NCBI GenBank assembly: GCA_028710695.1
Contig: JAQTTP010000003.1
Location: 8,865-72,864 of the forward strand
Length of the DNA stretch: 64,000 nucleotides
From: Candidatus Iainarchaeum sp.
GTDB taxonomy: Archaea > Iainarchaeota > Iainarchaeia > Iainarchaeales > 0-14-0-20-30-16
Direction of reading: 5' to 3'
In this document: positions 18,258 to 26,340 of the stretch, piece by piece
Layout of the letters: every line of letters begins with the position of its first letter
Numbering within the stretch: the first letter of the stretch is position 1
Notes under the pieces: generated by a model
What the model was told of the DNA's origin: nothing
Database searches by the model: none
What the model saw: only the letters and a program-made list of their open reading frames with translations
Translations under genes and position numbers: made by a program

Positions 18258-20297
18258 TTACTTTTTCTTTAATTCTAATTTTTCAATGGAGAGGTTATGG
18301 TTATATTCTCCTTCAGAATGTTTTGTTGATTTTACTATTTCTACTTTCTTTTTGAAACTTGGAGAGTCTAAAACAAAGGATTCATACTCTCCGCCTTCTC
18401 CTGCAATATTGAAACCGAGCTTTTCGTTTATCTTTTTAAGTTTTTCCAACATTTTTTTGTCTATCTCTTTTCCAAGATCTTCTTGAGTTAGACCGTGGGC
18501 ACAAATTTTTGTGATTATTGCTTTTATTCCTCTGCTTATTAGTTCATTAACTTCTTGTTCTTGGTTTTTGTGCCATAACGGCGCCAAGCATTTTAAACCT
18601 AATTTTTCAGTAATAATTTCAATTCTATCTCTTTGATATTCTGAAAATATTGCTCCACTTGCAATTGAATTTATATTATATTTTTCTTTTGCAATCTTTA
18701 TTGCTTTTTCTAATTCTTTTAACTCAAGTTCTTTTTCTCCTTTTGTTTTTAATACAATAATTGGAATCTCTAATGCCTTTGCCTGAAGTTTTGCTAAAGA
18801 AATGTTTGGTGTATGGTACATGTAAGAATCTTTATTTTTACTATCAATTGTAATTAAACATTTAATATCATAATTCATGCTTTTTAAAATTTCTAAAGTC
18901 AAAACAGAATCTTTTCCGCCTGTAAAAAGAATTCCAACATTATCATTATTTTTTGAAATATATTTTTTGTAGTATTCTCCTTTTTGTTTTAACTCGCCCT
19001 TTGCAAGTTTTGTTATTGCTTTATCAAATCCGCTGCTAAATTGTGCTGCCTTTCTTGCTCTAAATGCAATTTCTTTTGGGAGATAATCTGATGCAATTTC
19101 TCTCAAAATATATTTCTTTATTTTATCCTTTATTTTGTGCTTTATATCAATATTTATTGCATACTTTACTAGTTCTTTGTCCAGGAGCGGTACTCTAAGC
19201 TCAATAGAATTATTCATACAAATTAAATCGTCTCTATAAAGGTCTCTGTGGAAAATATTCTTTAAACCATAAAGCCCGTCTTTGTTTGAAGTGTATCTGT
19301 CGTATCCAATAAACACATCTTCACTGCCTAATCCACTTAGCATAACTTTGATTCCGTCTTTCTTTGCTTCTTTTGTGCAAAAGTAGAATGGTAATGCAAC
19401 TCCAATTTTTACAGGATCCGATGTTTCTAATATTTTTATAATTTCTGGCAGTGCTTTAAGAATTTCTTTTTCTGTTGCAATAATTTTTTTTAGTTTTAAT
19501 CCTAAATGTTTTGCAACAATTTCCGCGTATTTTTCGTCTTCGCTTTTTGTTATCGCAGACGCAACATAGCAAGTAATATTTTTGTTGTACTTCTTGGCGA
19601 TTGCTGTTATAATACTTGAATCTACTCCGCCAGAAAGAAGTATTCCTATTTTCTTGTTTGTGTTTACTCTTTTTTTAACTGCCTGTTCAAGTAGGGCCTT
19701 AATGTCCTGTTTTTCTTTGCCTAAGTTTACTTTGCAGGTTAGTTCTTTGTAAAAATCAATAAAATGAGTATTTGTTTTTTTTGTTTTTAAATTATATTCT
19801 AAAATATTTCTTGGGTGTAAATCTTGTGCAGTTTCTTGTGCGAACTTTGGTAATGCCTTTTTTTCAGATGCAAAATAAAATCCTTTTTTTGTGTTTGAAT
19901 ACCAAATTGGTTTTAACCCAAAAAAATCTCTTGCAAGTAGGGCAATATTTTTATCAGCATATACAAAAGCGTAATCACCGTCTAATTCTTTAATGGCATC
20001 TATATTTTTTTTCTTTAATAATTTAAATAAAAGTTCAGCATCATTTTTTGCACCAAGTTTGTATTTTTTGTTTAGTTCTTCCCAATTATAAATTTCACAA
20101 TTAGCAGCTAATATTGCCTCTTTGTCAGATATTGGCTGTGGAATGTTTTCAACAATAGCAAGTAGGTTTTGTCCAAAGGTAGAATTATTCCAAGAAACGA
20201 CTTTTGAAGAGTCTGGGCCCCTGTGTTTTAGCACAAGAAGCATTTCTTTCACAGTTTTCTCATCCTTCTTGTTGATTATTCCTGCTATTCCGCACAT
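18258..20297 (-). CDS. Fusion of asparagine synthetase-like protein (class II glutamine amidotransferase + PP-loop) with a diphthine-ammonia ligase (Dph6/MJ0570-type) domain
   Basis: N-terminus MCGIAGI (Ntn Cys) and PP-loop GILLSGGVDSS. The C-terminal ~230 aa carry LFTGGKDS, DSYMYHT, SGAIFSEYQRDRIE, LAPLW and GEGGEYESFVLDSP, which are Dph6-family signatures. Confidence 0.8.
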   Translation of the reverse strand: MCGIAGIINKKDEKTVKEMLLVLKHRGPDSSKVVSWNNSTFGQNLLAIVENIPQPISDKEAILAANCEIYNWEELNKKYKLGAKNDAELLFKLLKKKNIDAIKELDGDYAFVYADKNIALLARDFFGLKPIWYSNTKKGFYFASEKKALPKFAQETAQDLHPRNILEYNLKTKKTNTHFIDFYKELTCKVNLGKEKQDIKALLEQAVKKRVNTNKKIGILLSGGVDSSIITAIAKKYNKNITCYVASAITKSEDEKYAEIVAKHLGLKLKKIIATEKEILKALPEIIKILETSDPVKIGVALPFYFCTKEAKKDGIKVMLSGLGSEDVFIGYDRYTSNKDGLYGLKNIFHRDLYRDDLICMNNSIELRVPLLDKELVKYAINIDIKHKIKDKIKKYILREIASDYLPKEIAFRARKAAQFSSGFDKAITKLAKGELKQKGEYYKKYISKNNDNVGILFTGGKDSVLTLEILKSMNYDIKCLITIDSKNKDSYMYHTPNISLAKLQAKALEIPIIVLKTKGEKELELKELEKAIKIAKEKYNINSIASGAIFSEYQRDRIEIITEKLGLKCLAPLWHKNQEQEVNELISRGIKAIITKICAHGLTQEDLGKEIDKKMLEKLKKINEKLGFNIAGEGGEYESFVLDSPSFKKKVEIVKSTKHSEGEYNHNLSIEKLELKKK

Positions 20298-20406
20298 AAT
20301 GTAAATCAGGTAGGAATTAATTTATAAGTTTGTTTCTCTTTTGTCACAAAGGTTTAAATAATTTATGTGTATTACATATATTATGTATGTGCTGGGGGTT
20401 GAGATT

Positions 20407-20625
20407 ATGCCTGCGATAACTTTATCAGTTCCACAAGATTTAAAGTCTGAGATGGATAAATCTAAGTTTATAAACTGGTCCGAAGTTGCTAGAGAAGCGA
20501 TAAAGGAAAAAGTGGTTCAACTTAGAATTCTTGATGATATTGCAAAAAAATCAAAATTGACTGAAAAAGATGCAATAGACATTAGCAAAAAAATAAACCA
20601 GGGAATGAGCAAAAGATATAAGTGA
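20407..20625 (+). CDS. Putative antitoxin (VapB-like)
   Basis: 72 aa, MPAITLSVPQDLKSEMDK. Ends 4 nt before the PIN gene. ATG 20407 preferred over the upstream start in the track. Confidence 0.5.
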   Translation: MPAITLSVPQDLKSEMDKSKFINWSEVAREAIKEKVVQLRILDDIAKKSKLTEKDAIDISKKINQGMSKRYK

Positions 20626-20629
20626 TTTT

Positions 20630-21040
20630 ATGGATCTAGTTATAGATACAAACATACTAATATCTGCTTTAATAAGTAGTAATGGAAAAATAAGAGAACT
20701 AATCTTTTCAGATAAATTTAAACTTTTTGCCCCAGAATATGTGTTTTTGGAAATCTATGAACATAAACAAGAAATAATCAAAAAAGCAGAACTTTCTGAA
20801 TCAGAGTTTGAGTTAGCACTTTCTGTATTATTTACGAAGATTATTATAACTCCTTCTGAAGAAATCAAAGTTTTTTCTGAAAAAGCAAAACAAGTTTGCC
20901 CTGATTTTGACGACTGGCCTTTTTTTGCACTGGCTATATTGAAGAATATTCCTCTTTGGAGTGATGACAAGGATTTAAAACAACAAGACGTGATAAAAGT
21001 GATGTCTACTAAAGAAATAATTGCCCTATTTTTGTCCTAA
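20630..21040 (+). CDS. vapC: PIN-domain ribonuclease (VapC-like toxin)
   Basis: MDLVIDTNILISAL (first acidic residue), then E, D and a C-terminal SDDKD. Confidence 0.8.
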   Translation: MDLVIDTNILISALISSNGKIRELIFSDKFKLFAPEYVFLEIYEHKQEIIKKAELSESEFELALSVLFTKIIITPSEEIKVFSEKAKQVCPDFDDWPFFALAILKNIPLWSDDKDLKQQDVIKVMSTKEIIALFLS

Positions 21041-21084
21041 TACCTAATAATTTCTTTTTAATCTTTCCGCTACATAAAGATATT

Positions 21085-21146
21085 GGAACGATGATGATGT
21101 TAACCCCTGCTGAATATGGTGATGATTGATTGGCGGGCTGAGTTCC
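21085..21146 (+). ncRNA. C/D box sRNA (2'-O-methylation guide)
   Basis: GGAAC-g-[ATGATGA C box 21091-97]-12 nt TGTTAACCCCTG-[CTGA D' 21110-13]-ATATG-[GTGATGA C' 21119-25]-12 nt TTGATTGGCGGG-[CTGA D 21138-41]-GTTCC. The 5-bp terminal stem GGAAC/GTTCC closes it. The element is intergenic. Confidence 0.8.
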
Positions 21147-21148
21147 TA

Positions 21149-21182
21149 AGCTTTTTCTTTCTTAAAAAGAAAGGAAAAAGCT
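21149..21182. terminator. Pyrimidine-arm/purine-arm palindrome right after the sRNA
   Basis: AGCTTTTTCTTTCTT-AAAA-AGAAAGGAAAAAGCT (one mismatch). Two further hairpins follow at 21207-21223 and 21241-21255, in a convergent intergenic zone. Confidence 0.5.
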
Positions 21183-21274
21183 ACAGTCTTGCAAAAAGAA
21201 AGAATGCAGACCACAAGGGTCTGTTTATAAAGAAAAAAAGTGGACGTAAAGTCCATGTGAACTTTAAAAAATTT

Positions 21275-22351
21275 TTATCTCATTAAATCTTCTTCGTCCA
21301 TTTCTGATGCAAATTTGTCTAGTTCTTTTGGACCTGTTCTTACGGCCACATTTAAAATTGCAGTAACATAATTGAACAAAGCTCTTTCAGGAACATTATT
21401 TTTTGATCCCCAAGCCACAATTTCTGCTAATTTACTAAATAAGTAAGTATCACTTATTTGTGCCCCGTATTTTCTTTTATACATTTCTTCTGCAGTTAAT
21501 AAAGATTCAAAACATTCCAATCTTTTTTCTGGATCTCTTATTGCAGATAATATTCTGCTTGTTCTATGAAATTCAGGATCTGTTGCCCCGTCATAAAAAG
21601 AAAGATTACTTCCTCTTTCTATTGCCTCAAAACTTTTAGCTACCATTTTTTTCATTGTTTCAATTGGCATGCCTTCACAATATCTTGTAATCTGAGATAT
21701 TGCATAAAGTACGTTAGAATACCTTCCTTTTAAAAGTCTGCTATTTTTTGGATAATTATTGCCAATATTATTTAGCCAAAAATAAAACTTTTCTCTTTCT
21801 CTTGGGCTTAAATTTGTTCTTGATTCAATTTCTCCATGAAAATATTCGCTTAATATGCTAGTAATCCAAGGATCGCGGGAACGTTTTTTTTCGTCATATC
21901 TACTAAGTTCTGCTCTTTTTTCTATTGCTGATCTCTCAAGTTCTCTTAATTTTGCGGCCCTTTCTTGTCTTTTTTTACGTTCCCAAAATTTAAATGTTTT
22001 TGCTTCTAACTCTTTTGCTCTTCTACCTTGCTCAGCAATAACAAAATTCCGTCTTGCATTTTCATCAGTAATTAGTTTATCATAAACTTGTTTTGAAGCA
22101 TATTGTTCTTTACTTAAAGGTGATGAAATTCTATTTAATCTATGATTTAACATTTCTAAAATTCGTAATCCTTGTGGTCTGTTTACTCTTCCTACTTCTA
22201 TTCCTTTTGTTACTGCTTGTATCTGTCTTTGTATTTGTGATACAACTTTACGTCTTTGAGTTTCTAGTTGAACTGGTCGTAGTTTGTGTATTTCAAATAT
22301 TTTTTCTTTGGGCAATTCTCGTCTTTCTAGTTCTCTTACTCTGACAGCCAT
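21275..22351 (-). CDS. Hypothetical protein, Arg/Lys/Glu-rich N-terminal half
   Basis: 358-aa ORF with no motif I recognise. Coding-like composition and a long helical charged N-terminus. Confidence 0.5.
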   Translation of the reverse strand: MAVRVRELERRELPKEKIFEIHKLRPVQLETQRRKVVSQIQRQIQAVTKGIEVGRVNRPQGLRILEMLNHRLNRISSPLSKEQYASKQVYDKLITDENARRNFVIAEQGRRAKELEAKTFKFWERKKRQERAAKLRELERSAIEKRAELSRYDEKKRSRDPWITSILSEYFHGEIESRTNLSPREREKFYFWLNNIGNNYPKNSRLLKGRYSNVLYAISQITRYCEGMPIETMKKMVAKSFEAIERGSNLSFYDGATDPEFHRTSRILSAIRDPEKRLECFESLLTAEEMYKRKYGAQISDTYLFSKLAEIVAWGSKNNVPERALFNYVTAILNVAVRTGPKELDKFASEMDEEDLMR

Positions 22352-22564
22352 AATTAATATAGTTTTGAAAACTAATAAATACTTATTGTGTCATATAATG
22401 TCTTTGAATGGGGTAAAAATATGGATATTAGAAATTTATATTTGCTTGTTCATCCATTATTTGGCTTGTATATTGGTAAACTTGAAAGTCAAAAAATAAT
22501 TACACGTTATGAACTTGATGGTTATAATAAAAAACAAACAGTGAGACATTTATTGAGTTAATAT

Positions 22565-23035
22565 TTGGATGCTGCCAATTTGGTGAAAAAAGATGCTAAT
22601 GCTGCGTTAGTAGTGGTATATTATCCAGATACAACTTTTACTAATTCTTGTGAAAGGGACTTGAAATTTGTAGATAAAACAACTTGGACAGATCAAGAGA
22701 AAGAACAAGCAAAAAGATTAGTAATTGCACATTATGAAAAATTAAAAAAAGTACAAGCATTACTTATGGGTGCATTAAGAAAAAAACTTGGACCCAAATT
22801 ATTTGTTTCAGAAAATTGGATATCTGCAGAAGCAATTTCTGAGTTAAGAGCGCAAGGGATTGGAAAGCACACAAAACTAATTGCTTTTGGAGAACAAGAA
22901 GATGTGTGTGTTAGAGAGAATGCAAAACAGATAGAATTTGATTTGGGCCTTAGAAATAGAAATGTACATTATGATCGACAAAGAACAAATAAGGGAATAC
23001 CCGATGTCTGTAAAGCCCATATTAGACGGATTTGA
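22565..23035 (+). CDS. Hypothetical protein (may continue upstream across an in-frame TAA)
   Basis: TTG-start ORF. An ATG ORF at 22421-22558 is in the same frame, separated only by TAA at 22559-22561. Confidence 0.45.
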   Translation: MDAANLVKKDANAALVVVYYPDTTFTNSCERDLKFVDKTTWTDQEKEQAKRLVIAHYEKLKKVQALLMGALRKKLGPKLFVSENWISAEAISELRAQGIGKHTKLIAFGEQEDVCVRENAKQIEFDLGLRNRNVHYDRQRTNKGIPDVCKAHIRRI

Positions 23036-23045
23036 ATAATGTGTG

Positions 23046-24086
23046 TTATTTAATTTGCACAAATTCTCCATTCTGTATTTGTTTAATTATTATTTCTGTT
23101 TTCACATCTCCATTTTTGTCAAAATAGTTTGAAAGATCTAACTTTTCTTTTACTAACTTAGGGTCATCTTTCCCAGTATTGTTTATTGCTTTTGCAAGAA
23201 TCATTAGGGCGTCATAGGAATTTGATAAAAATAAATCCCCTTTTGTGTTTGCATCATCAGAATATGGGTAAATAATTCCATTTGAAAATTCGGGATACTG
23301 CGTGATTAGATCTTTGTTTTCTGCCCCAAATGAGCATAGCCAGATAGGATTAAATCCAAGTTCGTGTGCTTGTTTTATTAAATCACCAAGTGCTGGTGTT
23401 GTTGCATGTAAGTTTAAAACTGCTTGCGGATTTGTTTCTTTTATTTTTAAAATTTCTGTTTTTAAATCCTTTTCTTTTAGTTCAAAAAATTCTACCTCTG
23501 TAATTTTTCCGCCCAATTTTTCAAATGCCAATTTAAAGTCATTAACATGCTCTTTTCCATAGGGTGTATTTTGACTTAAAATCCCAACTGTTTTTACATT
23601 TAAGTCAAAGAAAGTATAATTTACTAATGGTTCCATAAAGTATTCAATTTTTGGGATTGTTCTATAAAAATAATCATTTTCACTTAAACTATCTAGAATA
23701 GCAACAGGGGATATTAGAATTATTTCGTCTTTATTTATTATTGGAACCAAAGCAACAGTTGTAGATGTCCACGAATCTCCAATTATATAATTTATATTGT
23801 CTTTTTCAATTAATTTTTGTATTGCTAGGGCAGCTTCTTTTGGATCTGCTTTGCTGTCTTCTACTATCAGTTCAACTTGTTTTCCAAGAATTCCTCCCGA
23901 GTTATTAATTTCTTCTACTGCTAATTCTAAGCCCTTTACTTCTTGTTGACCTTGGTATTGTCCAATTTCTGTTAATGTTGCGATTACTCCGATTTTTATT
24001 GTATTGTTGCTAGTGCCAAAGTAAGCAAATAAAATGACTAATGCAACAAAGGTTGTGCCCAAAATTATAAAAAAAATCTTATTCAT
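23046..24086 (-). CDS. ABC transporter substrate-binding protein, Leu/Ile/Val-binding (type I PBP) family
   Basis: N-terminal anchor. IKIGVIATLTE..G...KGLELAVEEINNSGGILGKQVELIVEDSKADP matches the LivJ-type pattern. No permease or ATPase gene nearby. Confidence 0.8.
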   Translation of the reverse strand: MNKIFFIILGTTFVALVILFAYFGTSNNTIKIGVIATLTEIGQYQGQQEVKGLELAVEEINNSGGILGKQVELIVEDSKADPKEAALAIQKLIEKDNINYIIGDSWTSTTVALVPIINKDEIILISPVAILDSLSENDYFYRTIPKIEYFMEPLVNYTFFDLNVKTVGILSQNTPYGKEHVNDFKLAFEKLGGKITEVEFFELKEKDLKTEILKIKETNPQAVLNLHATTPALGDLIKQAHELGFNPIWLCSFGAENKDLITQYPEFSNGIIYPYSDDANTKGDLFLSNSYDALMILAKAINNTGKDDPKLVKEKLDLSNYFDKNGDVKTEIIIKQIQNGEFVQIK

Positions 24087-24172
24087 GAATAAATATTAGT
24101 GGATTTTCAGTACTTTTATGTTTGTCCTCCTTAAAAGGAGTATTTAAAAACTAATTGCTTCGTAATTTGGGT

Positions 24173-24886
24173 ATGGATCTAAAAATATTACAAGATATTG
24201 GCTTTACAGAAAGTGAAGTAAAAATTTACCTTGCTTTGCTTGAATTAGGAGAAAGCACAGCAAAAGCAATATTAGAAAAAACTAATTTGTATAATTCTGT
24301 TCTGCATTCTTCTTTGAATAGACTTATTGCAAAAGGGTTTGTTTCCTATATTTACAAAGGCAGAATGCGTTACTATTGTGCAGCAGAACCACAAATAATT
24401 CAAGATTATCTTTCTGAAAAACAAAAGCAGTTAGATGTAGTTATGCCCTATTTGTTAGAACATTCTGCAAACAAACGTGAAATTTTTAAAGTGGATATTT
24501 TTGAAGGTTATAAGGGGGTAATGAATTTGCTTTTGCATTTGATTAAAGATTCAAAGAAAGGAGAAGAGTTTTTGTTCTTTCCACCAAATGTTCCAGAATT
24601 AAATGAAGATATCCAAAAGTTTTATACAAAATATGATATTAAAAGAAAATCAAAAGGATTAGTAACAAAAGGTATTGTTTTCGCATTACAAAAAAAATAT
24701 TTTGAAAAAAGAAAATATTTAAAAATAAAATATGTTGACTTTCCTATTCCATCAGATATTTCTATTTGTGGAAATAAAATGGCAATGATTTCATTTAAAG
24801 ATAAGCCCAGAGGAATATTAATTGATTGTGAAGAAATAGTAACTCAGCACAGGAACTTCTTCAACAGCATCTGGAACTTAAAATAA
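24173..24886 (+). CDS. TrmB-family transcriptional regulator
   Basis: LQDIGFTESEVKIYLALLELGESTAKAILEKTNL is a TrmB-type wHTH. Confidence 0.8.
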   Translation: MDLKILQDIGFTESEVKIYLALLELGESTAKAILEKTNLYNSVLHSSLNRLIAKGFVSYIYKGRMRYYCAAEPQIIQDYLSEKQKQLDVVMPYLLEHSANKREIFKVDIFEGYKGVMNLLLHLIKDSKKGEEFLFFPPNVPELNEDIQKFYTKYDIKRKSKGLVTKGIVFALQKKYFEKRKYLKIKYVDFPIPSDISICGNKMAMISFKDKPRGILIDCEEIVTQHRNFFNSIWNLK

Positions 24887-24975
24887 AATGGTAAGCTGTT
24901 AATAATAAAGATTTGATTGAATTGACTAAATCTAATATAACAAACTAATTTAAATCCTATTTTCTAATATTATTT

Positions 24976-25674
24976 ATGCCTGTAAAAAAGCCCTATACAA
25001 AACCATCAGTGCAAACTCCTAAATTTTCAAAAGTCCCTTTGTGTAAAGCACACCGAGCTCAATTGGCATCTGGAAAAGAAATATTTAGAACGAGATTAAA
25101 ACCTAAAGCTTATTTACTTGAGCAAAAACTTAGGTCAAAAGGGATACCTGTTCCAGATGAATTAATTGTGAGACATTTAGAGGGGGGCTTTGTAGAAGTA
25201 TACCACAAAGGGCATGGCGTATCAATGGGAGATATTTTAGAGGGAGTAAATAGAAAAAAACAGGCTCAGATTATTGCGTCCGCGGTAGAGAATCTTGCAA
25301 AAATGCATACTCTTGGAGTATATCATGCAGATCTTCATGAAGAAAACATAATTGTGGATCCAGAAACAAATAAAGTGAGATTTATTGATTTTGAATATTC
25401 TGAAAACTTGTCGAAATTAAAGGGTGTAGAAGACCTGAATGCAAAAAAATTATTTGATGATTTGGAGTCAATTCTTGAGATAGTTGATTATTATGTTGCA
25501 CCACAGCGGGTGCGAACTTCAAAACAAAAATTTGAGTTTCTTGTTTCTGTTTTTGGGACTTATCTCGAGCATTATAATGATTCCGAATTTCCCGGATTAA
25601 AGGGAAGAATCAAAGAACGAATTGTAGAATACTTACAAACAAAATTTCCCACATTTATGAAATATTCAAAATAA
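24976..25674 (+). CDS. Small protein-kinase-fold protein (Bud32/RIO/Kdo-kinase-like)
   Basis: Catalytic-loop-like LGVYHADLHEENIIV followed by RFIDFEYS (DFG-equivalent). No glycine-rich loop seen. Confidence 0.55.
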   Translation: MPVKKPYTKPSVQTPKFSKVPLCKAHRAQLASGKEIFRTRLKPKAYLLEQKLRSKGIPVPDELIVRHLEGGFVEVYHKGHGVSMGDILEGVNRKKQAQIIASAVENLAKMHTLGVYHADLHEENIIVDPETNKVRFIDFEYSENLSKLKGVEDLNAKKLFDDLESILEIVDYYVAPQRVRTSKQKFEFLVSVFGTYLEHYNDSEFPGLKGRIKERIVEYLQTKFPTFMKYSK

Positions 25675-26340
25675 TTTCTTCTGCATTCCTTTGCTATTCT
25701 CTAATCTTTCTATAATTGTCTTTGTGGTTTCCCAACTATAACGAATGTATTTGCTTTTGCTCTTTATTAACTGCTCTAAAGCTTTCTTTGTAATTGGGTC
25801 TGCAGGATATCCGCTGCCTAACTCTATGCCTGTTTCTTCTTTGATCTTTTTTATTTCTTCATCTCTGTCTACTTTTGCAATTATCGATGCCGCAGAAACA
25901 ATTGGATATTTATCGTCCGCCTTGTGCTCTGCAATTACATTTGTATTTGTTATCTGTGCAAGAACATTTCCATATTTTGTAAAATTAGTTTCTGGGCAAT
26001 CAACATATATCTTTAGCTCTTCGCCTTTGCAGAATTCCTTTGCTTTTTGAATTAATTTTGTTGTTGTTAATTCTTCTAATTTGTTTAAATTTATTTTGTC
26101 TTTGTTTGTGGCATCAATAAGAGTTGCAGGTATTATTTCTACAAAAAACTTGCACATTTTTTTTACTTGTGGATATAATTCTTCTCTTTGTTTTGGGGTT
26201 AATTTCTTTGAATCTTTTACTCCAAGATTTTTTAAGTCCTTTTCATATTTTGCATCGATTACACAAGCACACATAACCATTGGCCCAATTACTGGCCCTC
26301 TTCCTGCTTCATCTATTCCGCATAAGTACATAAAAATCAT
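25666..26340 (-). CDS. rnhB: Ribonuclease HII
   Basis: CGIDEAGRGPVIGPMV and VSAASIIAK. The start may be ATG 26331 instead. Confidence 0.9.
   Translation of the reverse strand: MIFMYLCGIDEAGRGPVIGPMVMCACVIDAKYEKDLKNLGVKDSKKLTPKQREELYPQVKKMCKFFVEIIPATLIDATNKDKINLNKLEELTTTKLIQKAKEFCKGEELKIYVDCPETNFTKYGNVLAQITNTNVIAEHKADDKYPIVSAASIIAKVDRDEEIKKIKEETGIELGSGYPADPITKKALEQLIKSKSKYIRYSWETTKTIIERLENSKGMQKKLF

Noticed and set aside
22093-22499. Track ORFs 22093-22344 and 22284-22499 (Leu/Phe/Val-rich peptides).
   Set aside because: The first is antisense to the 358-aa ORF. The second spans the promoter region and overlaps the 22421 ORF in another frame. Their composition reflects T-rich sequence rather than a membrane protein.
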